Source of the DNA: a virus
Direction: 5' to 3' (one strand)
Length of the DNA: 64,000 nt
Virus record (IMG/VR): IMGVR_UViG_3300035695_000002
Span: 56,725-120,724 of that record
A model generated the notes under the pieces. It was given only the letters and a program-made list of their open reading frames with translations, searched no databases and was not told the DNA's origin. Positions within the stretch are counted from its first letter, which is position 1; each line of letters starts with the position of its first letter. Below are positions 23,001 through 31,700 of this stretch, in pieces. The position numbers and the translations under genes were made by a program.

Positions 23001-26000
23001 TTCATCTATATTCTGAGCCAAATCTGCTATATAGGCAGAGTTTAATTCAGTCTCATCTCTCTCTGCTTCTAATGCTGATATTTCTTCTTTTATTTGATCT
23101 TGAAGTCTAGAAAGCTTCATAGCAGCTTCTAAAGCTCTTCTACTAGAAGCTTTAAATCTGTTCTTTTTAGTAAATTGACTATCTTTTATTTTATCTTGTA
23201 AAGCAGATAAATCTTTTGTAATATTCTCTAATTGAGCCTGTTTCTCAGAAATAAGCTCTTTTGTTTTTTCATGTCTCTTGCTTACTTCATCAAATAGTTC
23301 TGTAAGAATCTTAAGTCTGCCTGTTCTTTTTTCAGTAATTCTATTATCTTGTTCTGTAGAAAATTCATCTAAAGATTTTTGTTGAGCAGGAGAAAGCTCC
23401 CCCACCTTACTTATCATAGGAAGAGAATATCCTTTTTTAGGGACAAATTGATCACCTGTTACTTCAATGGACTTTATTCTACCTTTAGCATCTTTATATA
23501 CAAAATTAAGGGTTTTATCTTTAGAGGAGTATTCCAGTCTACCCTTCTGTTTCTTCCCCTTACCAAAGTTGAATTCAAATATGGAGTTTATATTATCCAT
23601 ATAGAACTTAGCCTTCTTGTTATTTACAGTATCACTTACCTTACCAAGTTTATAGTCTTCTAATACAGCCTTGGATACATTTTTAACATTACCTTTCCCA
23701 TCACTAACTTTTATAGTACCGTCTTCATTTTCTCCAAGTATAGTAATACGAGGGAACCTATATACCTCTTTCCCAGATTTATCATATTCTACAGTTTTAC
23801 CCAAGAAATATTCTTCTCCAACAATTACCTCTTCCTCACCATCTTTGGTTTTAACTAATATTTTCTCTGGTTCTACCCCTGGAGTTGCAGTAGGAATCTG
23901 AACATCTTTATATGATTCTGGAGTTTTCTTAATATCATTATAGTCTTTAAGAAAAGACTGTCTCCTTAAAGCTAATTCTGATATATCATCTAAATCTCTT
24001 ACAAGTTCTTCTTTCTCATCATCGTTTATATCAAAAGATTCTATTTGAGAAAGGGCTTCATTGTATTTTTCAGACCTACCTTTTGCTACATCATTAATAA
24101 CATCAGAGGTTACAACACCTTTTAAAGCTAAAGAATTAGCTATTTGAGGAATACGCTTATCATAATCAGCCACTTTAGAGGCAGCATACACCATCTTATC
24201 TATCACCTCTGGAGAATAGACAGGTTTTCCATCCTTTACAAGATTACCATATCTTATTTGAAGAGATTCATAAAGCCCTTTTACATGTTTAGCTACTTCT
24301 TCTAAATTAGAAAGTCTTTGTAAATATGCCAATCTGGAGTCCCCCTGTAGCACTTTACCATCTGCTTGTAATTGAGAAAATCCTTCATTTGTAGAAGCTA
24401 GATGTTTATATTCATTTATATCACTTTGAACTAAATCAAATCTACCATACTTTATCCTAGGAGATAGATAGTTGATAATATAGTCTTGTTCCTTGTCTTT
24501 AGCTTCAAGAACATCACCTCTTCTTAAAGAAGCTTCTCTTTCTTCTTGAAGAACAGTACCTCTATTAACAGCATCTACTGTAGCTTTGGTAAAATCAGAA
24601 AGGTTATATCCATTGAATTTAGCAATAGCGTCTGCTGTATTTGCTTTTATTTGTCTATTCTCTTGGAACTTCCCTCTACCTAACATAAGAGCACCAGAGA
24701 GTCCTCCTATAAGAACATTCTCCATTCCCTCATTAGTACCAATAGTTTGTTTAGCTCCTTGAAATAAGGATTCTAACCAATCAGTGGACTTATTATCATA
24801 CTTCTTATTGTAATAATCGTTAGTTCCTTGGGAAATAGCATATTGAGCACCTTCTTCAAATCCTTCAGATGTGGAGAAAGTGTATGGTCTGATACCATTT
24901 ATAGAGGATAGTATTCTACCTGTTCTAGTGGAAGCTTCTTGTTTAATGAACTTACCTGTAGCATCTTTAGTAATATCTCCTATTTCCTTAGTGGTGGTGG
25001 AAGCAATTAAGCTTCTCTCTGCTTTATCAGAAGATCCTAGGATTTTAGGGAATTGTATATAATTTGTAGCTGTTAAAAGAGCTGTGTTTAATAAAAAAGA
25101 ACTGTTTCCTACACCATCAGAAGCAGCGTTTATAGCATCTAAATCTGAACCTATAGGTCCCCATCCATCATGGGAGTCTTTATATTCTTGAATTTTTGTA
25201 TTCCTGAAATCATTAAGATTGTAATAGGCTTCAAATCCGGCTTCCCCTGTTGTAGCCAATCCAGCTACTAATACTCTTTGTCCTTTGTTAAGAGTATTAT
25301 ATGTACCAAGGAACTTGTTGGACAAACTCTCTACTTTTCCATAAGTTTCAGCGGCCTTATCAGCAGCCATTAAGGCTTCTTCTGTAGCAGCTAATGTTTC
25401 ACCAGCCTTTCCTACAGAGAACAATTTAGCCATTCCTGGGAGAGCTGATAGAGATTTTAATCCAGAAGCATATACACCTCCTGAAAGGTAGGCTCCTGCT
25501 GCAAATCCCATATTCTTAATAATACCATCCCATAAGAAATTAGCTGTTAAAAGCTTTTTAGGAGAATACCAATTAGCATTCTTTTCTCCGTCTGTATAGT
25601 AATTAGGAAGAGTGTTTTCTAAGTTTTTATTGAATTCGTCTAAGGCTCTATTGAACTCATTATCATAAAATGAGGCTGCTCTACCATCCGTTAGAGCTTT
25701 TCCTAGCCCTATAACAGTACCTGCTGTAGATTGAAGGAATGTAGTTCCTGTTAAAGAAAGACCTTTCCCTACAGCATTTACCATTTTAGAAGGCCATCCC
25801 TGACCTAAAGCATAAGCATCTTCATTATTATAGTCTCCAGGTACATATTGATCGAATCTATTAGAGGATACTTCTTTAAGACTTCTAGGAATAGAACCAC
25901 CTGTAATCTTTCCATCTCCACCACTAGAAATAGAAAATAACTTATTCTCCAATGCACTTAGTGCAGAGGGTGTAGGATTTCCTCCTTCACTTGGAAGCAA

Positions 26001-26114
26001 AGAAGTATCAAATCCTTTATAAGGAAGATTTGGGAGATTTACGTCTGTAGGAGGAGAATATGTCTGAGAAGCATCTTGTAATGCTTGTTCATTCAATAAT
26101 GGTGTATCAGTCAT
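14022..26114 (-). CDS. Virion-packaged DNA-dependent RNA polymerase polyprotein (4030 aa), crAss/phi14:2 type
   Basis: RIPTQKQNSI...GSDFDIDKLF catalytic loop at about 16571-16595. Zincin-like YHEVFE at about 20515. Size and position fit the family. Confidence 0.88.
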   Translation of the reverse strand: MTDTPLLNEQALQDASQTYSPPTDVNLPNLPYKGFDTSLLPSEGGNPTPSALSALENKLFSISSGGDGKITGGSIPRSLKEVSSNRFDQYVPGDYNNEDAYALGQGWPSKMVNAVGKGLSLTGTTFLQSTAGTVIGLGKALTDGRAASFYDNEFNRALDEFNKNLENTLPNYYTDGEKNANWYSPKKLLTANFLWDGIIKNMGFAAGAYLSGGVYASGLKSLSALPGMAKLFSVGKAGETLAATEEALMAADKAAETYGKVESLSNKFLGTYNTLNKGQRVLVAGLATTGEAGFEAYYNLNDFRNTKIQEYKDSHDGWGPIGSDLDAINAASDGVGNSSFLLNTALLTATNYIQFPKILGSSDKAERSLIASTTTKEIGDITKDATGKFIKQEASTRTGRILSSINGIRPYTFSTSEGFEEGAQYAISQGTNDYYNKKYDNKSTDWLESLFQGAKQTIGTNEGMENVLIGGLSGALMLGRGKFQENRQIKANTADAIAKFNGYNLSDFTKATVDAVNRGTVLQEEREASLRRGDVLEAKDKEQDYIINYLSPRIKYGRFDLVQSDINEYKHLASTNEGFSQLQADGKVLQGDSRLAYLQRLSNLEEVAKHVKGLYESLQIRYGNLVKDGKPVYSPEVIDKMVYAASKVADYDKRIPQIANSLALKGVVTSDVINDVAKGRSEKYNEALSQIESFDINDDEKEELVRDLDDISELALRRQSFLKDYNDIKKTPESYKDVQIPTATPGVEPEKILVKTKDGEEEVIVGEEYFLGKTVEYDKSGKEVYRFPRITILGENEDGTIKVSDGKGNVKNVSKAVLEDYKLGKVSDTVNNKKAKFYMDNINSIFEFNFGKGKKQKGRLEYSSKDKTLNFVYKDAKGRIKSIEVTGDQFVPKKGYSLPMISKVGELSPAQQKSLDEFSTEQDNRITEKRTGRLKILTELFDEVSKRHEKTKELISEKQAQLENITKDLSALQDKIKDSQFTKKNRFKASSRRALEAAMKLSRLQDQIKEEISALEAERDETELNSAYIADLAQNIDELPTNTKDFLEELKEQRNNLESLILETGKEINTLSKLVDGVKGALDSAVAYLRDIISDFKTLYPKAPLAIGQEWVDFLKSNPNFLKKNPDYKDMLSKVEELVSQVEDLDITPNERTLNELVTELKGLQTKLSDAEKELKAKDLILAKFQEVADKFIRQKEEEEKIKNSKKLQKEILGSADPGVQTVNSESSYEPKPKKTDVAVVTSTKPAGSSTLPHHIRSNKFGANLDSFPNRQKIKGVLLTSKNEEELGLKGLTNFLKGDSDADASKIIALVMVENGVPVGEDGKKLEFPSFDNIIVQVMPDPKLEWSKEFGGGTMFRKDTTPEQIEYYKMRYAEWVKNALEKPSLNEHPVSASFGIPEYVTNLDEKGNNKRDYTAKTSVEEAGLIKSSDLSEKPVIFIPTTDTTVEKGSVSFTSPLGRPFLNLPNGYVKLDNRKLTKNEVNTIYEAIHQLAIDIFNNQDAQSEQSKRLMNWLKSIIYWGSPKNAAGFNSVWFSTINGEFSLSISGKDKTYPFTPSSIEGSKEEIISLLEGMYNNINSGLTDKPELWNTPYEEITSISREGVIEAKSWPNYQTYLLSKEGRKSSELPLSTNMKPVGEGAVNRHGIYFTLTDSADNYENAPKKAVVAPSAKKEVSQKGYILDGKTVNTYTSPEGKNINFKATSEGKITILTGGDVEEIRKSLTEKYDKDVAKASIEGKIKQAIAPQITEEKAPKKSIFNKSTETPSPERKPAIITTSPIEEKMEWSIDDLDGEEVALRVKLEEPLKYFEPENWEEMQKWLKANFPNLPVYRVKNVIQATNGQQAWGMLKNGAIYISKDAELGTIYHEVFEAVWKMFSDPQEQANVIKEFKDREGSFVDRPTGKTVNYSEATDFQIKEQLAEEFRDYVLNKKSPPKAKNTHFIIKLFRDLVDFIKSFFTGNTAVSNTDKLFDKIGRGYYKQFIPHEQQLSFAKEGFIDVEQAYTDNFSEFRIKNIPADKVNDIMQHMTYLTLTDLIKDNKSLFSIPDIHKKELYDRLKTRFTKIAEQSGEWDELVKKHQEYLKTYSIEFDENDDLVLKDEDASKKGDYQEATKIDVFKKANSAVKLLLSTIPIVDSKNHLVRSSIGGVRLLPSSQVFMAIMNNVHTSRSIDEMMDRIKEMSEDDNNYKTLYNRLTKNTSDLSEISEVHDGQLLAAFWRTFKKQSPDVKNVYIFDNGDVEVGDSNLSSAARQVSADYGNSIIKTVKSKNPYFEYSNKEKAYIGKPSGVKSVSLSTDQNRINFLKSLGIEFKTSELSKLSADKKQSFIEAVAGIKKSIQEAEKIATVSRKVLNIKGRLMQLSLIRASIDNPEFDSTFFNVKGERTQTFIGTNPTSDLFDVLSQINNKNELVNTPYEYLLTDSFAQGSVILDKIFNPVTGNRIKGGEQLMHPGYADGTVNTSNGKKKQSAKLTYKERLVQEINLNSKGYYYNLVPGDASMEWMTYMGNHISSDSLLSGMSKVHDIFKGYFLSELELSREDRPVAKKRDSEDLRFLKSILGEELQKSILKEKLSTEEVYAKYQSQINKAVDAFIKQETVNLRELLSKYDIIKKDSEGIKVQNLSFSDGEVITEPVLNRQLSAITINYIVNNIEFHKLLYSDPYQYSDELKRIKNALSPRQAIINNSPNFNKALNKIWNKGYDKGDVGYTDMTRDYFRTVTSEDVVSTSDLKDYGNFEETDGGGIISHKAYRWFRIKAGEWNDDEEKQYRYDIAYEKDIKGIDLSKEERTLLDGINPEVKSAYTPIKPIVFGNKLNGKPYNDVVLDKFALYPLSFRIVHSLNPESNAIKHYNKMQKENIDYTVFASGRKVGSEGLNPIYNEDGTFNESPYEALVNVSHGIISIQSEVPSKDEPLVTRGSQITKLVTMDYMEAGVPVDFSKGANFTQRLNEWNKLSETQKLAKSELYKEIKNNQHLLEAIIDNGYNSLLTKMGIEQTKDGDFIIKDFDKVSDTLRDEVLKREVNDNIVDAFEGFKNGDVVLEATPAYQQIRNILYSIADRNVISPKISGGQKVQIPSTLLESVKAKKEKGAYTSDFLRFYKDEDGKRTCEIMVGRWFNSPLSDSELLNYLNKTKEGQSLLSGVAYRIPTQKQNSIDSFVIKQFLPKEFGDSVVIPSELVRKVGSDFDIDKLFIYFKNTYTSLKGNIKQIPFYGYGEAAKAKLGELYDQGEFLKKEDRNRVNNWIKTRALDERQDVVNKLATAIFGQGAFDQEVIDDFLEANSDENLKERIVNQIYKKSLENEYIQSLQNLISHPDNFENLVKPNSADQLKALAKDITKKLGFAEFTYDDPKNMLNRHFMSRLRQAFVSGKYAIGIAAVNQTNHSLNQRQPIYIDQERWGLVSEEDKFWLSGGTFKKEDVAIKFKNYNKIDVNDKSVPTLSMIKNAKGENISDIIGQFIDGYVDISKGPWIMELGASPNVASTWLFLVKLGVPIKDVAYFMNQPIIRDYLDSIENAGYVWLFIEDFVEDIKDSPKYKVAPSEFNKIKEIPSNLGETVGKEKLSPQEKAQQQFILNEFLKYAKMANHQFLVTQGANWDTANFNDPYLVFKKNEQFKKAQSTIISSVNDLVKGSFIGKLSEKIYDVRDAFSTILTSDKPNVREVIEDVLRPYVDMNDRDFVKLAQKAVNDLFDWAVQNDRKLNNQIQKILLSDDNTAKEVSDFVTKVRKDENHPLYNNQIVKLVTPHFSEKNEGVNNLKIKNKDNKVYDQNQMIYAFSELRQYLKVQDSPLYGSLVRLAVLQSGLSNSPISFTSLLPYEDFKNIYNKTLSILEEYPNLADFKVLDVFQRNNWNNDDLVPQRKAKWKQNKNGEWKYNNNMKFIGYKRVSAAIAKKEIPQLVKINTKSREAENDVIVYTWETGTKAEKDKLKKQGDYSYIKRGLFKKVKQYGTPYTIDFSIGDTLISDYVYKAINAWGDSHSSDGVYFSANEFYNVAKPSIIDNGFIKVEKEASDESILSYFESPTKEVVEDEDDSNSNLPNCS

Positions 26115-28663
26115 TAAAAAGGTTTTTTGGAAGCAAGTTTAACTTGTTTTAAATCATTCTCTGTAGAAGGAGTTTCATTCAATAGTTCATATATTGCACT
26201 GTCATTAAGTCCTATTAGGGCATCATATAGTGCTTTTTCACTTATCATCTTTGAAGGATAGGATATATTTTCATGCCATACTTTCTGTGTAGGATCAAAT
26301 ATACTAAGTTTAATTTGATATAAATCTCCAGCAGGTTGTATGATGTTGGCTTTTACGCCATAAGTTCCTACATTAGGAAAATCTACACTTGATAGAAAAC
26401 TGTTATTGTGAGTTGATTCTCCAGGTGATAGAGCTGTACTATATCCTCCCATCTTTCTTATTTGCTCTTGATAAGGTCTAATAGCTTGTACTCTAGGATC
26501 AGCTTCAAATCTTTGACCAAACATTGATAGTTTGTGTTCTGGAGTGATAAGAGCTTTAGTTACCAAATCTTTATCCCCCACCTTTCCACTAGCTGTTAAT
26601 TCATACATTGCTGGTTGAAATTCACTACCTTCTACAACATTCAATCTGTATTGTGTGTTAGGAGAAGAGGATAATTTTCTAGCAACATCAACATCAAAAT
26701 CAGGAGATCCTGGAAGTTTACCATTTGTCTTTTCTGCTAAATTAGCCAATCCTGCAAGATTACCCCCCATTGATCTAATTTGAGCTTCGTTCTCTGTAGG
26801 AACTGTATATTCCATCCCTTGAGGAGATGTTATTCTATTCTTTAATTCTTCTTGAGAGAGGTCATTTATTTTTCCTATCATCTCTCTATTTGGATTATTT
26901 ACTATTTGATTATAATGTTGAACATTATTTAATAATATTTTATTAGCTTCATTTAAAGGTTTTTTACTAGCTTGTACTTCTAATAAATGATATTCTTTAG
27001 GGGAAAGTTCTTGTTTAGCTTTGTTAAAATCAAAAGCTACTCCTCCAGTATTTAAAGAAGATATATATTTAGACAAATTATTATTATAATTAACAAAATC
27101 TTTAGGAGAATAAATATACTGATTCACACCATCATTATACTGTATATCTGGAGCATTCTTAGGAATAAGTTTATTAATATATTCTGAAGGATCTCCTATT
27201 CCTAAAGCCTTTCCTGCTTCTTTTTGAGTACTTATTAACATGGCTTTATTAGCCTCTGTTATTCTTCTAAGAGGTTCTGTGGAAGCTAAATGATAAGCTA
27301 CTTCACTTTCCACACCATTAGGACTTCTAGTCCAAGCTTCTCTTTGCTGATTAAGCCATTCTTCATTTTTACCCTTTTTACCAAGGAAACCATTATCTAA
27401 GGAAGATAAGGAATTTGCATATTCCTGTGTTTTATCTACTACAGAAGCTATATTTACTTTTGGAAGATTTTCCTGATTTGAAGGTTGAGGAAGCCCTCCA
27501 TATCCACTATCTAATTTTAGTTTAGATGCTTGAATATCTACTTCTCTCTTTCTTAATTCATATGTTTTTTGAAATTTATCCCAGTCTCTTGCTTGTTCTT
27601 CTCTCCATTGTTGAGCTTTAGCAAAAGGATTGGTTTCATATGTATTAGAGGTTTCTGTGTAAGAGAAGGCTTTTGAGAAGTTATTAAGGAAATTGCTTGT
27701 ATGTAATTGAGCTTTAACACCTTCTATATTTCCATGAGCTAAAGCATCGTCCATTTGCTTCTGTTCTCCTGATATACCTCCTAATACTTTCTCCAAAGAA
27801 GCAATCTGTTCATCCAGCTTGCTCTTTTGTAACACAGAAGTTGTGGAGCTTTTAGCATTCTCCAGTATTCTCTTTTGTTCATTATAGAAATCCACCTTTG
27901 TTCTATAGGAAGATTTGAGATTTTGAGAGAATTGTTCTGGTGAAACATTAGAATAAGTATATCTACCATCTATCTCCATTTGCTTAAAATCAGCAGGGGA
28001 AAGGGTAGCCATTAGAGCTTGTTGTATTTTCCCTGGATCTATACCAGCTAGTTTCTTCCTTACAATAGCATCAGCTATTACAAGATTCCCTTTAGAGTCT
28101 AATGTGAAAGCGTCATCTGTAATAGATTCATCCTTTGTAAGAGCTTTAATGGTATCTAAAGCATTTTTTTTATAATTGGTATATGGGTTATATCCCCCAG
28201 AGAAGCCCGATTTTATATCCTTGTTATTAAGCCAATTTGAGGCTTGAGTTTGAAAATCCCATTCATTAGAAGGAGAAGACTTCCCTTCCTTTTTAGCAGA
28301 TTCCATGTCTGCTAACCCTTTCCTATACTTCATTGTAGAGGCTACAGCATTCTGTATATTAGGATCTTTAACTATTTGCTTAGTCATTCCTCCTACAGAA
28401 TTTACTAATTGAAAATTAGAGAAATCTCCAGCAGCCACCTTTTTAAGATTGCTTCCTAGCTCATTTAACCTAGATTGAAGATATTGTTTATCCACATCCC
28501 TCACTACATCCAATCCAGCAATATCGTCAACTTGGGATTGGATTTTCTGTACACCCTCATTGTATTGTTGCTGCTTGTACATACCCACCTCCTTCATTGC
28601 ATTTACAGGCAATTGAGCTACATAAGGAGTATATGGTAATAATTGATCGGTGAACGAAGCCAT
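26114..28663 (-). CDS. Virion cargo protein (849 aa)
   Basis: Helical protein between the Gly-rich cargo gene and the RNAP, as in crAss-like synteny. Confidence 0.65.
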   Translation of the reverse strand: MASFTDQLLPYTPYVAQLPVNAMKEVGMYKQQQYNEGVQKIQSQVDDIAGLDVVRDVDKQYLQSRLNELGSNLKKVAAGDFSNFQLVNSVGGMTKQIVKDPNIQNAVASTMKYRKGLADMESAKKEGKSSPSNEWDFQTQASNWLNNKDIKSGFSGGYNPYTNYKKNALDTIKALTKDESITDDAFTLDSKGNLVIADAIVRKKLAGIDPGKIQQALMATLSPADFKQMEIDGRYTYSNVSPEQFSQNLKSSYRTKVDFYNEQKRILENAKSSTTSVLQKSKLDEQIASLEKVLGGISGEQKQMDDALAHGNIEGVKAQLHTSNFLNNFSKAFSYTETSNTYETNPFAKAQQWREEQARDWDKFQKTYELRKREVDIQASKLKLDSGYGGLPQPSNQENLPKVNIASVVDKTQEYANSLSSLDNGFLGKKGKNEEWLNQQREAWTRSPNGVESEVAYHLASTEPLRRITEANKAMLISTQKEAGKALGIGDPSEYINKLIPKNAPDIQYNDGVNQYIYSPKDFVNYNNNLSKYISSLNTGGVAFDFNKAKQELSPKEYHLLEVQASKKPLNEANKILLNNVQHYNQIVNNPNREMIGKINDLSQEELKNRITSPQGMEYTVPTENEAQIRSMGGNLAGLANLAEKTNGKLPGSPDFDVDVARKLSSSPNTQYRLNVVEGSEFQPAMYELTASGKVGDKDLVTKALITPEHKLSMFGQRFEADPRVQAIRPYQEQIRKMGGYSTALSPGESTHNNSFLSSVDFPNVGTYGVKANIIQPAGDLYQIKLSIFDPTQKVWHENISYPSKMISEKALYDALIGLNDSAIYELLNETPSTENDLKQVKLASKKPF

Positions 28664-28668
28664 GAGTG

Positions 28669-28700
28669 CAAATTTAACTTAAGAAATTATTATATCCAAA
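28669..28700 (-). promoter_or_regulatory. Bacteroidota-type promoter, probably giving a leaderless mRNA
   Basis: TTTG-N20-TAAATTTG, then CACTC and the ATG at 28663. Confidence 0.7.
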
Positions 28701-28740
28701 TTGGATAACGAATATTATTAATCTTGTATAACTAGAATGA

Positions 28741-31700
28741 TTATTTAAGAGCCTTTACTAGATAGCCATTTTTAGCCTTATTTTTCTTCTTTTGATCTAT
28801 AAGGCTTTGTAATTGGTCAACAGATAAGTCCTTTCCTACCTCAGGAATATTGAATTGTGCCAATCCATTGAGATTATAAGCTCTTCCTTGATCGTCATAT
28901 CTATATCCATAAAGGTTCTCGTATACACCTAATGTTCTATTTTCAAGCTTATTTTGCTGTATTTTAGAAGCAATAGAAGAAAGAGCCATTTGAGCAGTTG
29001 CTTTAGTATTACTCTTAGCTTGAGCTTGTCTTACATATTGTTGGTCTAATAAAGCCAAGTTCTTCAAACTAGCATCATTTACAGTATCTCTGTTCTTAGA
29101 GTATATTCCAGCCTTGTTAGCCTGATTAGCCCTAAATTGTGCTCCTAGGACATTTGAATTTGCAGCATATTTCTGACCAGCTAATATTGATTGAGCTGCT
29201 GGATTGTAAGCTGTTTGTCTCTGGAGGGCATTAAAGTCACTTTGATTAGCATTCAATTGGTCCTGAAAGGATATATCATAAGGTTGATCTAATAGAGGGC
29301 TGTATTTTTGAGCATTTACAGGATCTAATGTATTATTACTTAAAGCATAGTATTCCCCTGCTAATTGATTAGGATCTAAACCTATTTGATTTGTGGGTCT
29401 GAAATAAGGCCACAATGAGTTAAAAGCATCTCCTGCATTAAATCCTTTAAATTTGAAATCTTTTGCAGTTTTTGAAGATGGGTTATTTTCTAATTGTACT
29501 TTTGAGGAACCAGAAGGACCGATTTCATCCATAGTAAATGGGTGATATGCTGGAGCAGAATCCATATTAGGAGCTACTTCTCCACCTTTTATTCCTACAT
29601 ATTTTTCTGAACCAGATGGTTTAGCTAATTCCATTAGCTGCTTTCCCCAAGGAGAGTCTATTACCTTACCTTTATTTTTAGAATATTTTTCTTTAAACCA
29701 CTCATTATAATTTTTACTTCCTTTAGTAGAAACTTGATTATAAAAAGCTTTCTTTAGAACATTAGGATTTTCTGTAGGTATATGTCCTGTTTTTATATAT
29801 TCATCTTTTTGTTCAGGTGTAATATATTCTGATATTTTATTCTTATAGTCACCAAATATATTAAGTAAATTCAAGTCTGCTGCCGCAGAATTAGATTTAC
29901 CAGTATCTCCACTTTGCGCATACCTCATATTTGCACCATTTTTGGCCTTTTTAATCTTTCCTTTAGCTAAAGCATCACTATCTAAGTTATGCTCATGGGC
30001 TGTTTCTAGAATGGCATTTTGAACATTCCCTGCTGCTTGTTTTTGTTCTGCTAATAATTTCAGTTTCATATTTCCTCCTTCTAAAAGAGCTTTCCCAGAG
30101 GCTATTTTAAGTTGATCGAAGGCATCCCTATCATCGGTGTCATTGATAAGTTTAAGTCCTTTATTCACCACCTTATTTTGCTTTTCTTCTCTTTCGCTCA
30201 ATTTAGCTATATAATTCTTGAATTTCATACCTTTAGCATCTTTATCTCCTATTTCATTCACCCCATAAGAAGGAATTTTCATATTCCCAAATACCACCAA
30301 ATTGTCTTCCCCTGTACCACCATCTTGTAATTTGACAGCAGGTTCCCCTCCTTCTACCTCCACAGGTTGTTTACCAAAAGAAATAGGCATACCTCCATCA
30401 GCATGAGATTTCCCCCTGAACATTACAGTTTCCCCATTATCTGGTAGATAGGGATTTGAAGATATAGATTCAGCATGACCTCCTCCATGTACCTTCAATT
30501 CTCCTCCCATAGCCATTGTATTCTGTCTGATATTTCCCCCTGTTCTTAGGGAATGAAGACCTTCATGAGCTACATCATACACTTCTTTGGCTGTATAGTC
30601 ACCAAATTTAGTAATCACCTGAGGATTCCAATTATGAGATAGGAAACCACCATTTTCCATAAATGAAGAATTCTGAGTTTGCATATTTCTAACCCCTTGC
30701 TGTAGTCCTATTTTATTAAGATTTACATTACTTAAATCATTAAATCTATTGATTCTCTTCCCATTCTTATCTATTGCTCCTCCAGCTATAGCTCCTACAG
30801 CAGTACCTACAAGTCCTCCTACAGGTCCAAAGAAGGAACCAACAGCCCCTCCTAATGTAGATCCTATTTGACTTCCTGCATTACCTGCTGCTTGAAGACG
30901 ACCGCTTCCTATAGAAGCTCCTATAGCTTGTCCATATTGATTAACTTGTCCTTGTACATAAGAATTAGCAGCAGATTGAGCTATTCCACTAGCAATAGCC
31001 CCCCATTGAGCTTTTTTACCACCATTTTTGAACTGTTTCTTTTTACCACTTTCATTCAATGGTTCATATCCCAAATCATCATAGAGTGTATGAGGAGCAT
31101 ATGTATTCTGGATTTCTCCTATTACAGATACTCCATTTTTTCCAGATAGATAGTTTGTTCCTACACCTGTAGAAGGGAACATTTGATCTGGTTGTATAAC
31201 CATATCTTCTGGTCTCACATATTTACGTTTAACTGCTTCCGGTCTAGTTTCTGAAGCTTTAGCAGCTAAACTAGAAAGTTGGAAATTTTGCTCTGCTGCT
31301 TGCTTTTGTTTCTTTTCAGCTTTCAACATCTTCAATCCTCTCACTACACCTCCTATAACACTGACCCCATTAATTATATTTCCAGCAACAGTTTTCTTAG
31401 GTAGAGAATAATCTGTTTGATCTAAGTTAAGTTGAGGAGCTTGATAATTTCCATAGCTACCTTGAGATTGAGGTTGTTGTCCTAGATTTAAAGGTTGATA
31501 AGCCATTCCTTGAGGAGGGCCAAAATTAGGAGCTGTTGTATTATATTGAGAAAGATCAAGAGTTTGATAACCGTTTTGACCATAAGGGACTGTTCCTCCG
31601 TCTTTGTGAAAACCATGATGTTTTTTCATGGTTTTAGCAAATGCTTTTCTTCTTGGAGTGCAAGTAGATTTTGTCATAGGAGTACAATATCCTTTATGTT

